From positions 18,430-82,429 of IMG/VR virus record IMGVR_UViG_3300048580_000994: DNA of 64,000 nt. The stretch is one strand, 5' to 3'. The DNA comes from a virus. Positions 17,533 through 26,646 of the stretch are shown here, piece after piece. The notes below the pieces were generated by a model, which was given only the letters and a program-made list of their open reading frames with translations, had not been told where the DNA came from and ran no database searches. Every line of letters begins with the position of its first letter. The first letter of the stretch is position 1. Both the position numbers and the translations under genes were made by a program.

Positions 17533-17596
17533 TAGCGGGACAAGCCCATTCACTCTTGGTGGGTTTTCCGAACCTCAGAAATTTGGAATACCGCTA
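17533..17596 (+). ncRNA. Nuclease-divergent sRNA, copy 5
   Basis: P1 TAGCGG/CCGCTA; P2 AAGCCCA..TGGGTTT; P3 TCCGAA/TTTGGA. Confidence 0.72.
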
Positions 17597-17662
17597 CTAT
17601 TATTATTTATCAATTATGAATTAAAAAGTGTAATAAAGTCAATATAATAAGGAGAAATATAT

Positions 17663-18049
17663 ATGGAATTAATATCATTAACGCAGTTATTTAAACCAAT
17701 TATTGGGTTGTTTGAAACATTTAATAAGCCTTCATTTGATATAAACAAGCCCTCTGTATTAAATGTTAGTATTAAGGAAATTGATGTGTATAAAAAATAT
17801 GAATTGAATATTAAAAATAATGGGAATGGTTTGGCTACTAAAATAAATATCAAAGTTGGTGTCCATAGTCCATTTGAACAATTTATTGAAAATATGAATC
17901 CACAAGACAATAGAAATTTTGAATTTGTGCTAAAAGAAAGTAGGGATATAAAACAAGAAAAACGCAAACGTTATTTTGAATTTGAGATGACGTATATTGA
18001 ACCAAAAGCAGGAAAAAAAGAAATTACAGAAAGAATTTTTATCGAATAA
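17663..18049 (+). CDS. Hypothetical protein flanked by a 22-bp direct repeat
   Basis: AATAAAGTCAATATAATAAGGA at 17632-17653 and 18045-18066. Confidence 0.65.
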   Translation: MELISLTQLFKPIIGLFETFNKPSFDINKPSVLNVSIKEIDVYKKYELNIKNNGNGLATKINIKVGVHSPFEQFIENMNPQDNRNFEFVLKESRDIKQEKRKRYFEFEMTYIEPKAGKKEITERIFIE

Positions 18050-18076
18050 AGTCAATATAATAAGGAAAACCCTCCA

Positions 18077-18316
18077 ATGAAAACTCATATTAGTATCCCT
18101 CGTTTAGAACTTTGGGAATTTTTGGAATGGATGACTGATAATAATGTTGTATATAATGTTACAGATGAAGATTTTTTAATGAATGTTGTTTCTGCGTCTG
18201 ATTCAAAATATGGTAGATTTTTTGGTTCAACATCCACTTTTAAGTTTCCCATTGAGATATTATCTAATGAGGTATTATTTAGATTGCGCTGGGGTGGGTA
18301 TGAATATTTGGAATAA
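18077..18316 (+). CDS. Small protein with C-terminal LFRLRWG motif
   Basis: ORF with RBS; C-terminal motif shared with other ORFs. Confidence 0.6.
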   Translation: MKTHISIPRLELWEFLEWMTDNNVVYNVTDEDFLMNVVSASDSKYGRFFGSTSTFKFPIEILSNEVLFRLRWGGYEYLE

Positions 18317-18583
18317 AATTGATAAATACTCTTATGATAATACTTTACCCTCTTGACCCATTTAAAACACAATTCATTAAAGATGAATATGAAAGGGGAG
18401 TGTCTTGTGTTGAATCTGCGAAAGAATGGGATAGAATATTAAACGAGAGCACTACTGATTATACAGAATTAATTAATGATTTAAAAGATATTATTAAAAA
18501 AGTTGATCTTTAACAAAACCTTCTTGACAAAAAATTAAAATCTGGTATAGTGGATAAAGTTAAACAATTGAGGAGTGCTGGTT

Positions 18584-19021
18584 ATGTATGCTATTGAGTC
18601 TTTTGATTTTAATGACACTTTTGAAAAATGCAAGAACATTGGTTGGGAGAGCTACGTTACAAAGGTGGAAAGTATTAAGGCTGCCAATAGTCGTCCTACT
18701 CGTGCGTTGACTTTTGGTGATATTACCAAGCGTTTGAAGAGGAATAATGTGGTTATTGTTTATTCTGCATCTCGTCATTTTCGGTCTGTTACTAAAGAGG
18801 TGATTATTGGTACTGGTGTTCATTATTTCAATAATGGCAGCAAGGATGCTTTTCTTAATAAGAAGGTTGTTTATTCTGGTGGTCTTGTGGACACTCTGCA
18901 TTTGTTTGTTGGTGATCGGAATCTTCGGGCTGGTATTGTTAATGGATATAATGATTGGTTTTTGTTTGCCAATCTGTATGATGCTGAACAGTGGTCCAAC
19001 AAGGAACATGTTGTTTGTTAA
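18584..19021 (+). CDS. Hypothetical early protein
   Basis: TTGACA..TATAGT promoter and GAGGAG RBS. Confidence 0.6.
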   Translation: MYAIESFDFNDTFEKCKNIGWESYVTKVESIKAANSRPTRALTFGDITKRLKRNNVVIVYSASRHFRSVTKEVIIGTGVHYFNNGSKDAFLNKKVVYSGGLVDTLHLFVGDRNLRAGIVNGYNDWFLFANLYDAEQWSNKEHVVC

Positions 19022-19090
19022 ATTGAGACTGATAATGGAAAATAGAATTCCTAAAGGAATTCTATTTTCAAGAAATTATTTTAGATAATC

Positions 19091-19663
19091 TCAATTAATG
19101 TTTGAGTACTCATTTTTGACTTGTTCAAATATTGTATTTGGCAATTCTACTTGTAATAAATTTTTTAAATGTTTGATACATTCTTTTACTACTGCTACTG
19201 TTTCTACCAAATGTCCATTATTGCCTCTAACATCTGTTGGTGTGTATTCTCTCCAATATTTAATTAAAGTTTCTCCGTGTGTTGTTTTCAATTTGTTATT
19301 TACTGCGAAACCGAGTATGGATGCTTTATTGTTGGAATTATAAATTTTCCCTGTTACGTAGAATTTAAATTTTGTTTTTCTTTGACGGTTTGGGTTATTG
19401 CGTAATACATCATTATTATCAAAGGTATCATATGAAGCATCATTTCTTACCATTTCCACTTGAAAGTTTGGTTTTATTAATTTATTAAGTTTGTTTGCGA
19501 CTATTTTTAATTTATTGATTGTGTATATATATTCTTTACCTTCTTCTTCGAATGGTTCATCGAACAATGTGTTTTTGGCTGCAATGACTGATTTTTTGAT
19601 TGCATTGAAATCTTCGTTTATTTTGGTAGCTTCCATTAATTTTCTCATATCTGTGGCTGACAT
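19091..19663 (-). CDS. Hypothetical late protein (DMRKLME leader)
   Basis: AAGGAGA RBS and upstream TAAATA. Confidence 0.7.
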   Translation of the reverse strand: MSATDMRKLMEATKINEDFNAIKKSVIAAKNTLFDEPFEEEGKEYIYTINKLKIVANKLNKLIKPNFQVEMVRNDASYDTFDNNDVLRNNPNRQRKTKFKFYVTGKIYNSNNKASILGFAVNNKLKTTHGETLIKYWREYTPTDVRGNNGHLVETVAVVKECIKHLKNLLQVELPNTIFEQVKNEYSNIN

Positions 19664-19776
19664 AATAATTTCTCCTTAAAATTTGTTATATAAATATATT
19701 TATTTTTTCCATAAAATCGCTTGACTAAAAATTAAAATCTGTTATACTGATTTAATCAAATGATGGAGTGACTATT

Positions 19777-20073
19777 ATGAACATCGCCCGAGAAATTTTT
19801 CGTCAGCTTGGTGGGAATCGTTTTTCTGTTATGACTGGTTCGAAGAATTATACCAGCATTGGGAATGGGCTGCAGTTTAGCCTCCCCAAGCGATATAATG
19901 GTATTAATAAGATTTCCATTACTCTTGAAGGGGATGACACTTACACTGTGCGGGGATATTATTTTAGTGTGTCCAAGTTGACCTGTGATATGGTTCAAGA
20001 AGTTTCTGGGGTATATTGTGAAAATCTGCAGGAGGTATTTACTTCCATGACTGGATTGTATACTAGGCTTTAA
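19777..20073 (+). CDS. Conserved-looking small phage protein
   Basis: IFRQLGGNRFSVMTG...DDTYTV...YCENLQEVFTSMTGL; own promoter. Confidence 0.65.
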   Translation: MNIAREIFRQLGGNRFSVMTGSKNYTSIGNGLQFSLPKRYNGINKISITLEGDDTYTVRGYYFSVSKLTCDMVQEVSGVYCENLQEVFTSMTGLYTRL

Positions 20074-20091
20074 AGAAAAATTTAAATATTG

Positions 20092-20117
20092 AAAAGCACC
20101 CTTGTGGTGCTTTTTTT
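20092..20117 (+). terminator. Repeated intrinsic terminator (also 20877-20902 and 22019-22044)
   Basis: AGCACC-CTTGT-GGTGCT followed by a T run, identical in three copies. Confidence 0.85.
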
Positions 20118-20255
20118 GTGAGTAATTTCTGAGTATAAAAATATATTATCTGAGTGTTGTGGAGATAATAAATTTGCATTGGTGTGCTCTGAGTGGTATA
20201 TTGGTGTTATAGAGTGAAGTTTTGCACTCACAACCATTATGGATAGGAGATTGCT

Positions 20256-20867
20256 ATGGGGAAAAATTTTATATTAAAAGTTGCTACTACATTATCTGAT
20301 GGTGGGGTTGATATTAAGAGTTTTAATTCTGAAGTAAATGAATTGATTTTGCGAGATTCAACTGGTGAAGAATACGTACTGATTAAAAAGTCTAATTTGC
20401 CTGTAACAATTATTCCAAGGATTCAGGCTCCTGTATTACAGCCAACACAGACCGCTGCACCAATTACTAGGAATACAAATGGTAGATTTGTTATTAATGG
20501 GCAGCTTGTTCGTTATACAAAGAAAAGGGTTATTAATGGTATTAATGTTGAACTTACTGCTAATGGTAGGACAACGTATAATTCAAATGGTAAACGTGGT
20601 GGGACTAACGGTATTACACTACTTGCGGGTTCGATGATTTTGGTTCATCATAGTAAAAATATGGGGGATAATATTATTGAAATAAAGAATGAATTATTAA
20701 ATGTTGGGTGGTTGAAACTTTGTCAGAATAATAATCTTGTTTATATTCTTGATAATGATGTTTATTTTGATAAAATATCATCAGCCACTACTCTTATCAA
20801 TGGGCAGCGAATGGATGGTTATCGGGCTAAAGTAATGTATAAACCAGATAATTGGCAATGTGTATAA
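20256..20867 (+). CDS. DUF4357-like domain protein, paralog 1
   Basis: LLAGS...DVYFDKISSATTLINGQRMDG. Confidence 0.55.
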   Translation: MGKNFILKVATTLSDGGVDIKSFNSEVNELILRDSTGEEYVLIKKSNLPVTIIPRIQAPVLQPTQTAAPITRNTNGRFVINGQLVRYTKKRVINGINVELTANGRTTYNSNGKRGGTNGITLLAGSMILVHHSKNMGDNIIEIKNELLNVGWLKLCQNNNLVYILDNDVYFDKISSATTLINGQRMDGYRAKVMYKPDNWQCV

Positions 20868-21027
20868 AATATTAAAAAAAGCACCCTTGTGGTGCTTTTT
20901 TTGTGAGCAATTTTTAATCCTGAAAAAAAGTTAAAAAGAGTCGAAAAAGGTCTTGCAATAATTTCTAAACCTGCTATTATGATAATAACAGATGGATAGT
21001 CCAAATGTTCCAAAAGGAGATTATATT

Positions 21028-21561
21028 ATGGGTAACGAAATGATGTTGACTGTTGCGAAGCTTTTCTCCAACAGTGGTATTTCTTGGAGCGTTAATGAGG
21101 AACGGGATAGGATGACTGTTTTTGGTTCTGATGGTTCTGAGTATGTTTTTCAGAAAATTTCCAGTGACCTTCGCAATGAACAAGGTCGGTTTGTCGTTAA
21201 TGGGCAGAATGTTGTGATGAACAGTAAGCGCAAGATTAACGGGAAGATGGTTTCCTTTACTGCGACTGGTATTACCATGTATAATGGGTCGAAGAATTCT
21301 GATAATGGTGGTGCCAACTCTATTATGCTTGAAGCTGGGACGTTGGTGTGTAATGTTGAGCATCATGCTCGTGGGCTTCATGGGATTGGTGCTGACGTTG
21401 AAGCTCAGAAGATGATGTTTATCAATAATGATATTTTGGGTGAGTTTGATGAATATCGGATGATTCTTCGGGAAGATATTCATTTTGTGTCGATTTCAGC
21501 TGCTACTACTTTCATCCTTGGGAGGTTTGCCAACGGGTATGAGCATTGGGATTTGGTTTGA
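21028..21561 (+). CDS. DUF4357-like domain protein, paralog 2
   Basis: EDIHFVSISAATTFILGRFANGYEHW; shares RNxxGRFV(I/V)NGQ with paralog 1. Confidence 0.6.
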   Translation: MGNEMMLTVAKLFSNSGISWSVNEERDRMTVFGSDGSEYVFQKISSDLRNEQGRFVVNGQNVVMNSKRKINGKMVSFTATGITMYNGSKNSDNGGANSIMLEAGTLVCNVEHHARGLHGIGADVEAQKMMFINNDILGEFDEYRMILREDIHFVSISAATTFILGRFANGYEHWDLV

Positions 21562-21658
21562 TGGTTTTTGAGAAAAAAACCAGGGATTTACAGGAATTCA
21601 GTTGACAAGTGGTTTGAGTGTGATATAGTAAATTATAAATCAACAATAGGAGGTATCA

Positions 21659-22009
21659 ATGACTACAAAAATTCAGAATGGTGATTTTGTGAAAACCAGC
21701 GCAAATCGCAAAATTGTTGGGGCACCAAATGGTGAAGTACATGTGTCGAGTGGTGGTAGGGCAACTATCATTGGTAAAAAATATTTGGTTGAAGTGTTTG
21801 AGAGTAGTACTGCGATTCATGAGAATCATCACACCAGTATTGACCCTAAAGAAGCAATTCTAAAGCAACGTCTTCTTGCTAATGGGGTTATTATCCCAGA
21901 TGGACCATTTAAATATGTTTTTGTCAAGCGATATGTTTTTGATAGCTTGAGTGCATACTCAAGGTTCATATCTGGTATTAGTTCCAATGGACATACCCAA
22001 GTAAAGTAA
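21659..22009 (+). CDS. DUF4357-like domain protein, paralog 3
   Basis: LLANGVI...YVFDSLSAYSRFISGISSNG. Confidence 0.55.
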   Translation: MTTKIQNGDFVKTSANRKIVGAPNGEVHVSSGGRATIIGKKYLVEVFESSTAIHENHHTSIDPKEAILKQRLLANGVIIPDGPFKYVFVKRYVFDSLSAYSRFISGISSNGHTQVK

Positions 22010-22080
22010 ATATTAAAAAAGAGCACCCTTGTGGTGCTTTTTTTCTTGATTAAAAGTATAAATATGATAGTATAAAGAAT

Positions 22081-22155
22081 GCTTTGATAGGTTAAGTGGC
22101 AAACCGCATTTCTCGTAAAAATGAGTCCCAGCTTCGACCGCTGGTCAAAGCACCA
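22081..22155 (+). tRNA. tRNA-Thr(CGT)
   Basis: Acceptor GCTTTGA/TCAAAGC-ACCA; anticodon arm CATTT-CTCGTAA-AAATG. Confidence 0.88.
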
Positions 22156-22171
22156 CTACAAGAAAGGTTTT

Positions 22172-22834
22172 ATGATGTTTACGTTTAATAACAAGACCAA
22201 CGAAGTTCCATGGGATGAATATTTTGACATGGCTCATCAGCTTGGTATTACTCCGAATATGTTTGAATTTGATTGGCAATTTGACAAAGAAAGTGTCAAG
22301 GAGCATTTGGAAAAATACTCCCGAGATTATTGGACTATTAATGGTTGTTATGTTGGGTTAGCATCCAATGCAGACGCTATGATGTTGGTGTTGAAATATT
22401 CTTGTAAGAAGATTGACGCCAAGGTATATTTTGGTGATATTAAGGATAGATTATCTTATAAAACCCATCCAAGAATTTTGGATAAATGCTCTGAAAAATA
22501 TTTGAAGGGGTTAATTTCTGCAATGATTCGGAAGAAGACCAAAAGCATTACTCCTAACATTTGTCCCAACTATAGCTTTACCCTTGGGGAGATCGAGGCT
22601 ATTTTGGAAGATAAGATTTACGAACGAAATCGAAAAGAAACCATTGCGAGGAAAGCCCCAGAAGAACTAAAGCGTATTTCCACTCGAAAGCTTTTGAGAG
22701 CATATAGGGATTGGGCTGCTTATGAATATTATGAGGGGATTTATATTGAAGGTGTTCTGTATGGTTCTTTGGTTGTCAAGGCTGTTTTGGACGTAAGGGA
22801 ACATTTGAAGAAGAAACCGAAAATTAGGAGATAA
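22172..22834 (+). CDS. Hypothetical protein
   Basis: Start moved past the tRNA; AAAGG RBS. Confidence 0.65.
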   Translation: MMFTFNNKTNEVPWDEYFDMAHQLGITPNMFEFDWQFDKESVKEHLEKYSRDYWTINGCYVGLASNADAMMLVLKYSCKKIDAKVYFGDIKDRLSYKTHPRILDKCSEKYLKGLISAMIRKKTKSITPNICPNYSFTLGEIEAILEDKIYERNRKETIARKAPEELKRISTRKLLRAYRDWAAYEYYEGIYIEGVLYGSLVVKAVLDVREHLKKKPKIRR

Positions 22835-22899
22835 ATATTGCTATATATGATGGGATTAAGGTAGTATATGGTGATATTGGGGTGAAAAACCCCAACAAT

Positions 22900-22981
22900 G
22901 GAGGGTAGCATCCGAGGTGGATAACTGGCTTCGAACCCCAGGCCAACCGCAAGGTTGAAGTTTCGACTACTTTACCTTCCG
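22900..22981 (+). tRNA. tRNA-Ser(CGA)
   Basis: Acceptor GGAGGGT/ACCTTCC-G; loop TTCGAAC; long arm AACC-GCAA-GGTT. Confidence 0.75.
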
Positions 22982-23026
22982 CTAAAAATTTGATAAATAC
23001 TTTTAACTCTAAAATGGATTCCAATT

Positions 23027-23521
23027 ATGCGTTTAAATGATTTATCGGAAATTAAAATTTATTCCTTACAACCTGTTGATTTTTCACCAGAACAATTGGA
23101 TGAAATTTGTGACCTTATCTGTACTGGTGGTGAAGTGACAAAAGTAGGATTGGAGAAAAGAATTCGCCAAGCCAAATTAATCGCAGTTGCTGAAAAAGAT
23201 GGTAGATTTGTTGCTTGTTCATCCATAAAAGTCCCAGACCCAATGTATAGAGCTAAAATTATACAAAGGGCAGGTATAATATTTAAACCTCAACTTGAAT
23301 TAGGATGGGGTTTTACCCTACCAGAATATCGCAACCAAAAACTTGGGACAAAACTGAAAGAAGAATTGTTTAAAAACGTCCCCCCAACAAATGTTTATGC
23401 CACTGTTAGATTGAAGAATAAACCAGCCATCAAGGGCATCGAAAAATTTGGGTTTAAGGCTGTTGGAACACCATATCAGGGAATGAGTGGGGATTTGATC
23501 TCCATATTTTTAGTCAGATAA
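23027..23521 (+). CDS. GNAT acetyltransferase (MRLNDL leader)
   Basis: ELGWGFTLPEYRNQKLG motif A; NKPAIKGIEKFGF motif B. Confidence 0.8.
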   Translation: MRLNDLSEIKIYSLQPVDFSPEQLDEICDLICTGGEVTKVGLEKRIRQAKLIAVAEKDGRFVACSSIKVPDPMYRAKIIQRAGIIFKPQLELGWGFTLPEYRNQKLGTKLKEELFKNVPPTNVYATVRLKNKPAIKGIEKFGFKAVGTPYQGMSGDLISIFLVR

Positions 23522-23635
23522 AGGGCCGAATAAAATTGATTATCGGATAATAGAATTGTTAATGCAGTTTTTAGATGGTTCAAGCCCATCAATCAATCGC
23601 AAGATTGAAAAATTCAATTTTAAAACCTTGCCCTT
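23521..23635 (+). ncRNA. Scaffold element E with T arm and GNRA-closed stem
   Basis: AAGGGC-CG-AA-TAAAATTGA-TTATC..GATGG-TTCAAGC-CCATC..TCAATTTTA-AAACC-TT-GCCCTT. Confidence 0.75.
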
Positions 23636-23674
23636 TTGATTTTTTGTGATATGATGAATAAAAGGAGAATAATA

Positions 23675-23908
23675 ATGGATGCAACATTAGACATACCACT
23701 TCAAGTTACAGTTCGTTTGGGTAAAACAAAAATGTCCATCAAACAACTTTTGAAAATGGGTAGGGGTGCTGTATTGGAATTGGATAATTTAGTCACAGAC
23801 CCAATTGAACTATTAGTCAATGGAAAGGTTGTTGCATTGGGTGAAGTTGAAATTGTTGGTGATAATTATGGGATTAAGATAACTGAAGTTTTTGGGAAAA
23901 CAGCTTGA
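23675..23908 (+). CDS. fliN: FliN-like flagellar switch (SpoA) domain protein
   Basis: LDIPLQVTVRLGKTKMSIKQLL...GAVLELD...LVNGKVVALGEVEIVGDNYGIKITE. Confidence 0.88.
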   Translation: MDATLDIPLQVTVRLGKTKMSIKQLLKMGRGAVLELDNLVTDPIELLVNGKVVALGEVEIVGDNYGIKITEVFGKTA

Positions 23909-24106
23909 AAACTATAATGTGATATGATATGTTAATTAGACAAGCAGAAATTTCATTTTCGTTGTTTAGGAGAAGAAAATGTTTGAACAATTTAAAGAAG
24001 AATGGGATGAATTAGATTTTTCAGATAAGTGTGGGTTCATACTTGAAATCGCCCCATCATTAGTTTCGATCAGTGTTGCGTTGATGTTGGTTGGATATCT
24101 TGCAAT

Positions 24107-24439
24107 ATGAGTATTCAAGAAGCATATCAGAAAGCAAAACCAATATATGAAAAATCTGAAAAAGTTCGCAATATTAAAATTAAAGATCAATTGGATGATT
24201 TGGTATTTCTAATCCCAATTTCTGGTACTGCAGTTTCATCATCATATTACAATTGTATTAATCATTGGTGTAAGAAAAATTGTCAAGATATTTGGACTAT
24301 TGATTCTGGTACGCCAATAACAAATGTCATATATAGGGAAAACAGAGAACTATATGACAAAGGATATGATAATAATCATATTATAATAATCTTTGAAAAT
24401 CCCAGTGATGCAATGTTATTCAAAATGAGATGGGGATAA
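24107..24439 (+). CDS. Small protein ending AMLFKMRWG
   Basis: C-terminal motif family. Confidence 0.6.
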   Translation: MSIQEAYQKAKPIYEKSEKVRNIKIKDQLDDLVFLIPISGTAVSSSYYNCINHWCKKNCQDIWTIDSGTPITNVIYRENRELYDKGYDNNHIIIIFENPSDAMLFKMRWG

Positions 24440-24775
24440 TGATGTTATTTGTTCTTCAAAAACCAAGACAAGAAATAAATGAAATAATATTATGGTTAGG
24501 GAAGAATCTTGGGGAAGATTGGAAAATTGCGAACACGTCAAACCTATTTTGGAATGGCGAACTATATCTTGGGTTCGTTCTTGCCCCCAATACCTGGTAA
24601 AGCCATACATGATAAACTTTGTCATTTACGAGAAATTAATCAACCAATATTAAATTCAAATGTTAAAACGCTTGTCACGTTTGAAATCCCCAACGACAAA
24701 GCTTTATTATTTAAATTAAAATTCTGTTGACAAATTCTTTATATCTGATATGATGGTTTTTTAGAAGGAGAAGCT

Positions 24776-25048
24776 ATGTTCTGTTATGATGAAAATCCAA
24801 TCAGAGGTAAGAATTTTTCGATGCCCGCTTGTGATCCCCATACCCAATGGGAGAAACATTATCGCAACATGATGTTTTTGGAATTTCTTGCGAAAAATCC
24901 GAAGGCGACTTTTGATGAAAAAAACCAAGCAGAGCGTGAATTGCTCATTGCCCATCGTAAATTGATTTGGTGGGAACGTTATCATGGGTTTTCGCATGAA
25001 ATTGCTAGTACCATCGCTGGAAAGGTTAAAAAGGAGTGGGGAAAATGA
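24776..25048 (+). CDS. Hypothetical protein
   Basis: Own promoter and AGGAG RBS. Confidence 0.6.
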   Translation: MFCYDENPIRGKNFSMPACDPHTQWEKHYRNMMFLEFLAKNPKATFDEKNQAERELLIAHRKLIWWERYHGFSHEIASTIAGKVKKEWGK

Positions 25049-25310
25049 CAGATTCATTGTATGACCAAATAGAAAAACAATTAAATAACAAATACCCGAA
25101 ACGTCTTTTTGGGATATTTGTCTTGATTTTGTGTGCCATTGGAATTTTCGCAATCGTTCAGCGCAACAACGTAATTAACATCAAAGAACGTTGTGTCCAA
25201 GAAAAATTGAATTATATTGAATGTAATACTGTTGTGAGACTTATGAAGCATGGCAATAGCTGGAACATTGATGCTATGTCCTTTGAAGAATCGTTGTTGG
25301 TGATTAAAAA

Positions 25311-25433
25311 ATGAAAATTAGAAATTCACTAAAATCAGCCAAGACGAGGGATAAAAATTGCAAAATCGTCAAACGTCGTGGTAAAGTATATGTCATAAAC
25401 AAACAAAACCCAAGGTTCAAGGCAAGACAATAG
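25311..25433 (+). CDS. rpmJ: Ribosomal protein bL36 (zinc-free type)
   Basis: Manual translation [40 protein letters not shown]; below the ORF-track size cutoff. Confidence 0.92.
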   Translation: MKIRNSLKSAKTRDKNCKIVKRRGKVYVINKQNPRFKARQ

Positions 25434-25439
25434 GAGTAT

Positions 25440-25820
25440 ATGATGAAAACGCCAAAAGTTAGGGGTACTGATTGTAGAAAACAAAAACGCTATGTGAATG
25501 GACTTTTTAAAAAACTCAAAGTTGGTGGTTATTATACCAATTGCAACTATCATCCAGTTAGGTTGACTGAAAAAGTTTGGGAATGGCGTTTTGGTGCTGA
25601 AATTTCAGGTATTGATTTGATTACCAATGGACCAACGTCATGTTCAATGGTTCACTGTGGACCAACACCAATTTCTGAAAAATATGCCAACGAATTGGTT
25701 GAAACTTGGAAAGAAGGTGGTGACAAAGCCCTTGCGATTAAAGTTGGTGGATGGACACCAGAGGCGTATGATGAGTTTGAAAAAACTTGGAGAACCCCTG
25801 TGGAGGAAGGACGATTTTAA
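25440..25820 (+). CDS. Hypothetical protein
   Basis: AGGAG RBS; operon-coupled. Confidence 0.6.
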   Translation: MMKTPKVRGTDCRKQKRYVNGLFKKLKVGGYYTNCNYHPVRLTEKVWEWRFGAEISGIDLITNGPTSCSMVHCGPTPISEKYANELVETWKEGGDKALAIKVGGWTPEAYDEFEKTWRTPVEEGRF

Positions 25821-26140
25821 TGATTCAAGAAGCCTTCAAAATCGTTGAACTGGAAAACGGGGAAATCAAAACCCTATTCCATGGCATCAACAACTCCCGA
25901 ACAATGCCGACGGGGGTTTGGTTAGAAGCAGACGAGAAAATTGTTCGTGACGGTTCTGGGGATCGCTATTATATTTCTGGTTGGCACACTTTACCAACGT
26001 ATGAGGATTGTGTAAAATATATGTCCAGATTTAAAAACAGGACAGACATCCTTACCATCGTCCCATGCGAAATTAAAGACATTAGACTAAAGGACCATTC
26101 CAAATCACCAGTGAATTTGTCCAAGTATATAAAATTTTAG
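25820..26140 (+). CDS. Hypothetical protein
   Basis: TAATG stop/start overlap with the previous gene. Confidence 0.6.
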   Translation: MIQEAFKIVELENGEIKTLFHGINNSRTMPTGVWLEADEKIVRDGSGDRYYISGWHTLPTYEDCVKYMSRFKNRTDILTIVPCEIKDIRLKDHSKSPVNLSKYIKF

Positions 26141-26646
26141 GAGATTGATATGCCAAGAATGTTAGACGAAGAAACATCAGCGAAAATGATTTGTCCCTAC
26201 CTTCAAGATAAATGCCACACCCGCACTTGTATGGCTTGGCGTTTTGAAGACAAACCAATTCCAGAAGACGAGAAGAACCCTAAATTTAGAGGGTATTGTG
26301 TTATAATGGAAAAATAAGAGTTGAATTCATTCTCATGTTGCCCAGCAGTGCAACATAAATGATAAAATCGCTAATTTAATATGCTCTATTGCGCTTTCAA
26401 GTATTAAATGTGCGTAAACCGGAATTCGTAAAATATTAAGGAAATTTTATCAACTGCACCATCTTATCCTTGACACCAACTAAATATCTTGCTAATATAT
26501 CCTGATGACGTTAGAAAGGATTGTATGATGATTATCACCAGTGGGGTCATTTTTTTGATTTGGCTTCTTAGCTTATTTTCCAGTAAAGCACCAAGTGGAT
26601 TCATTTTCGTCATTTGGTTCTTTAGTCTTTTTTGTCTGTGAATCAA

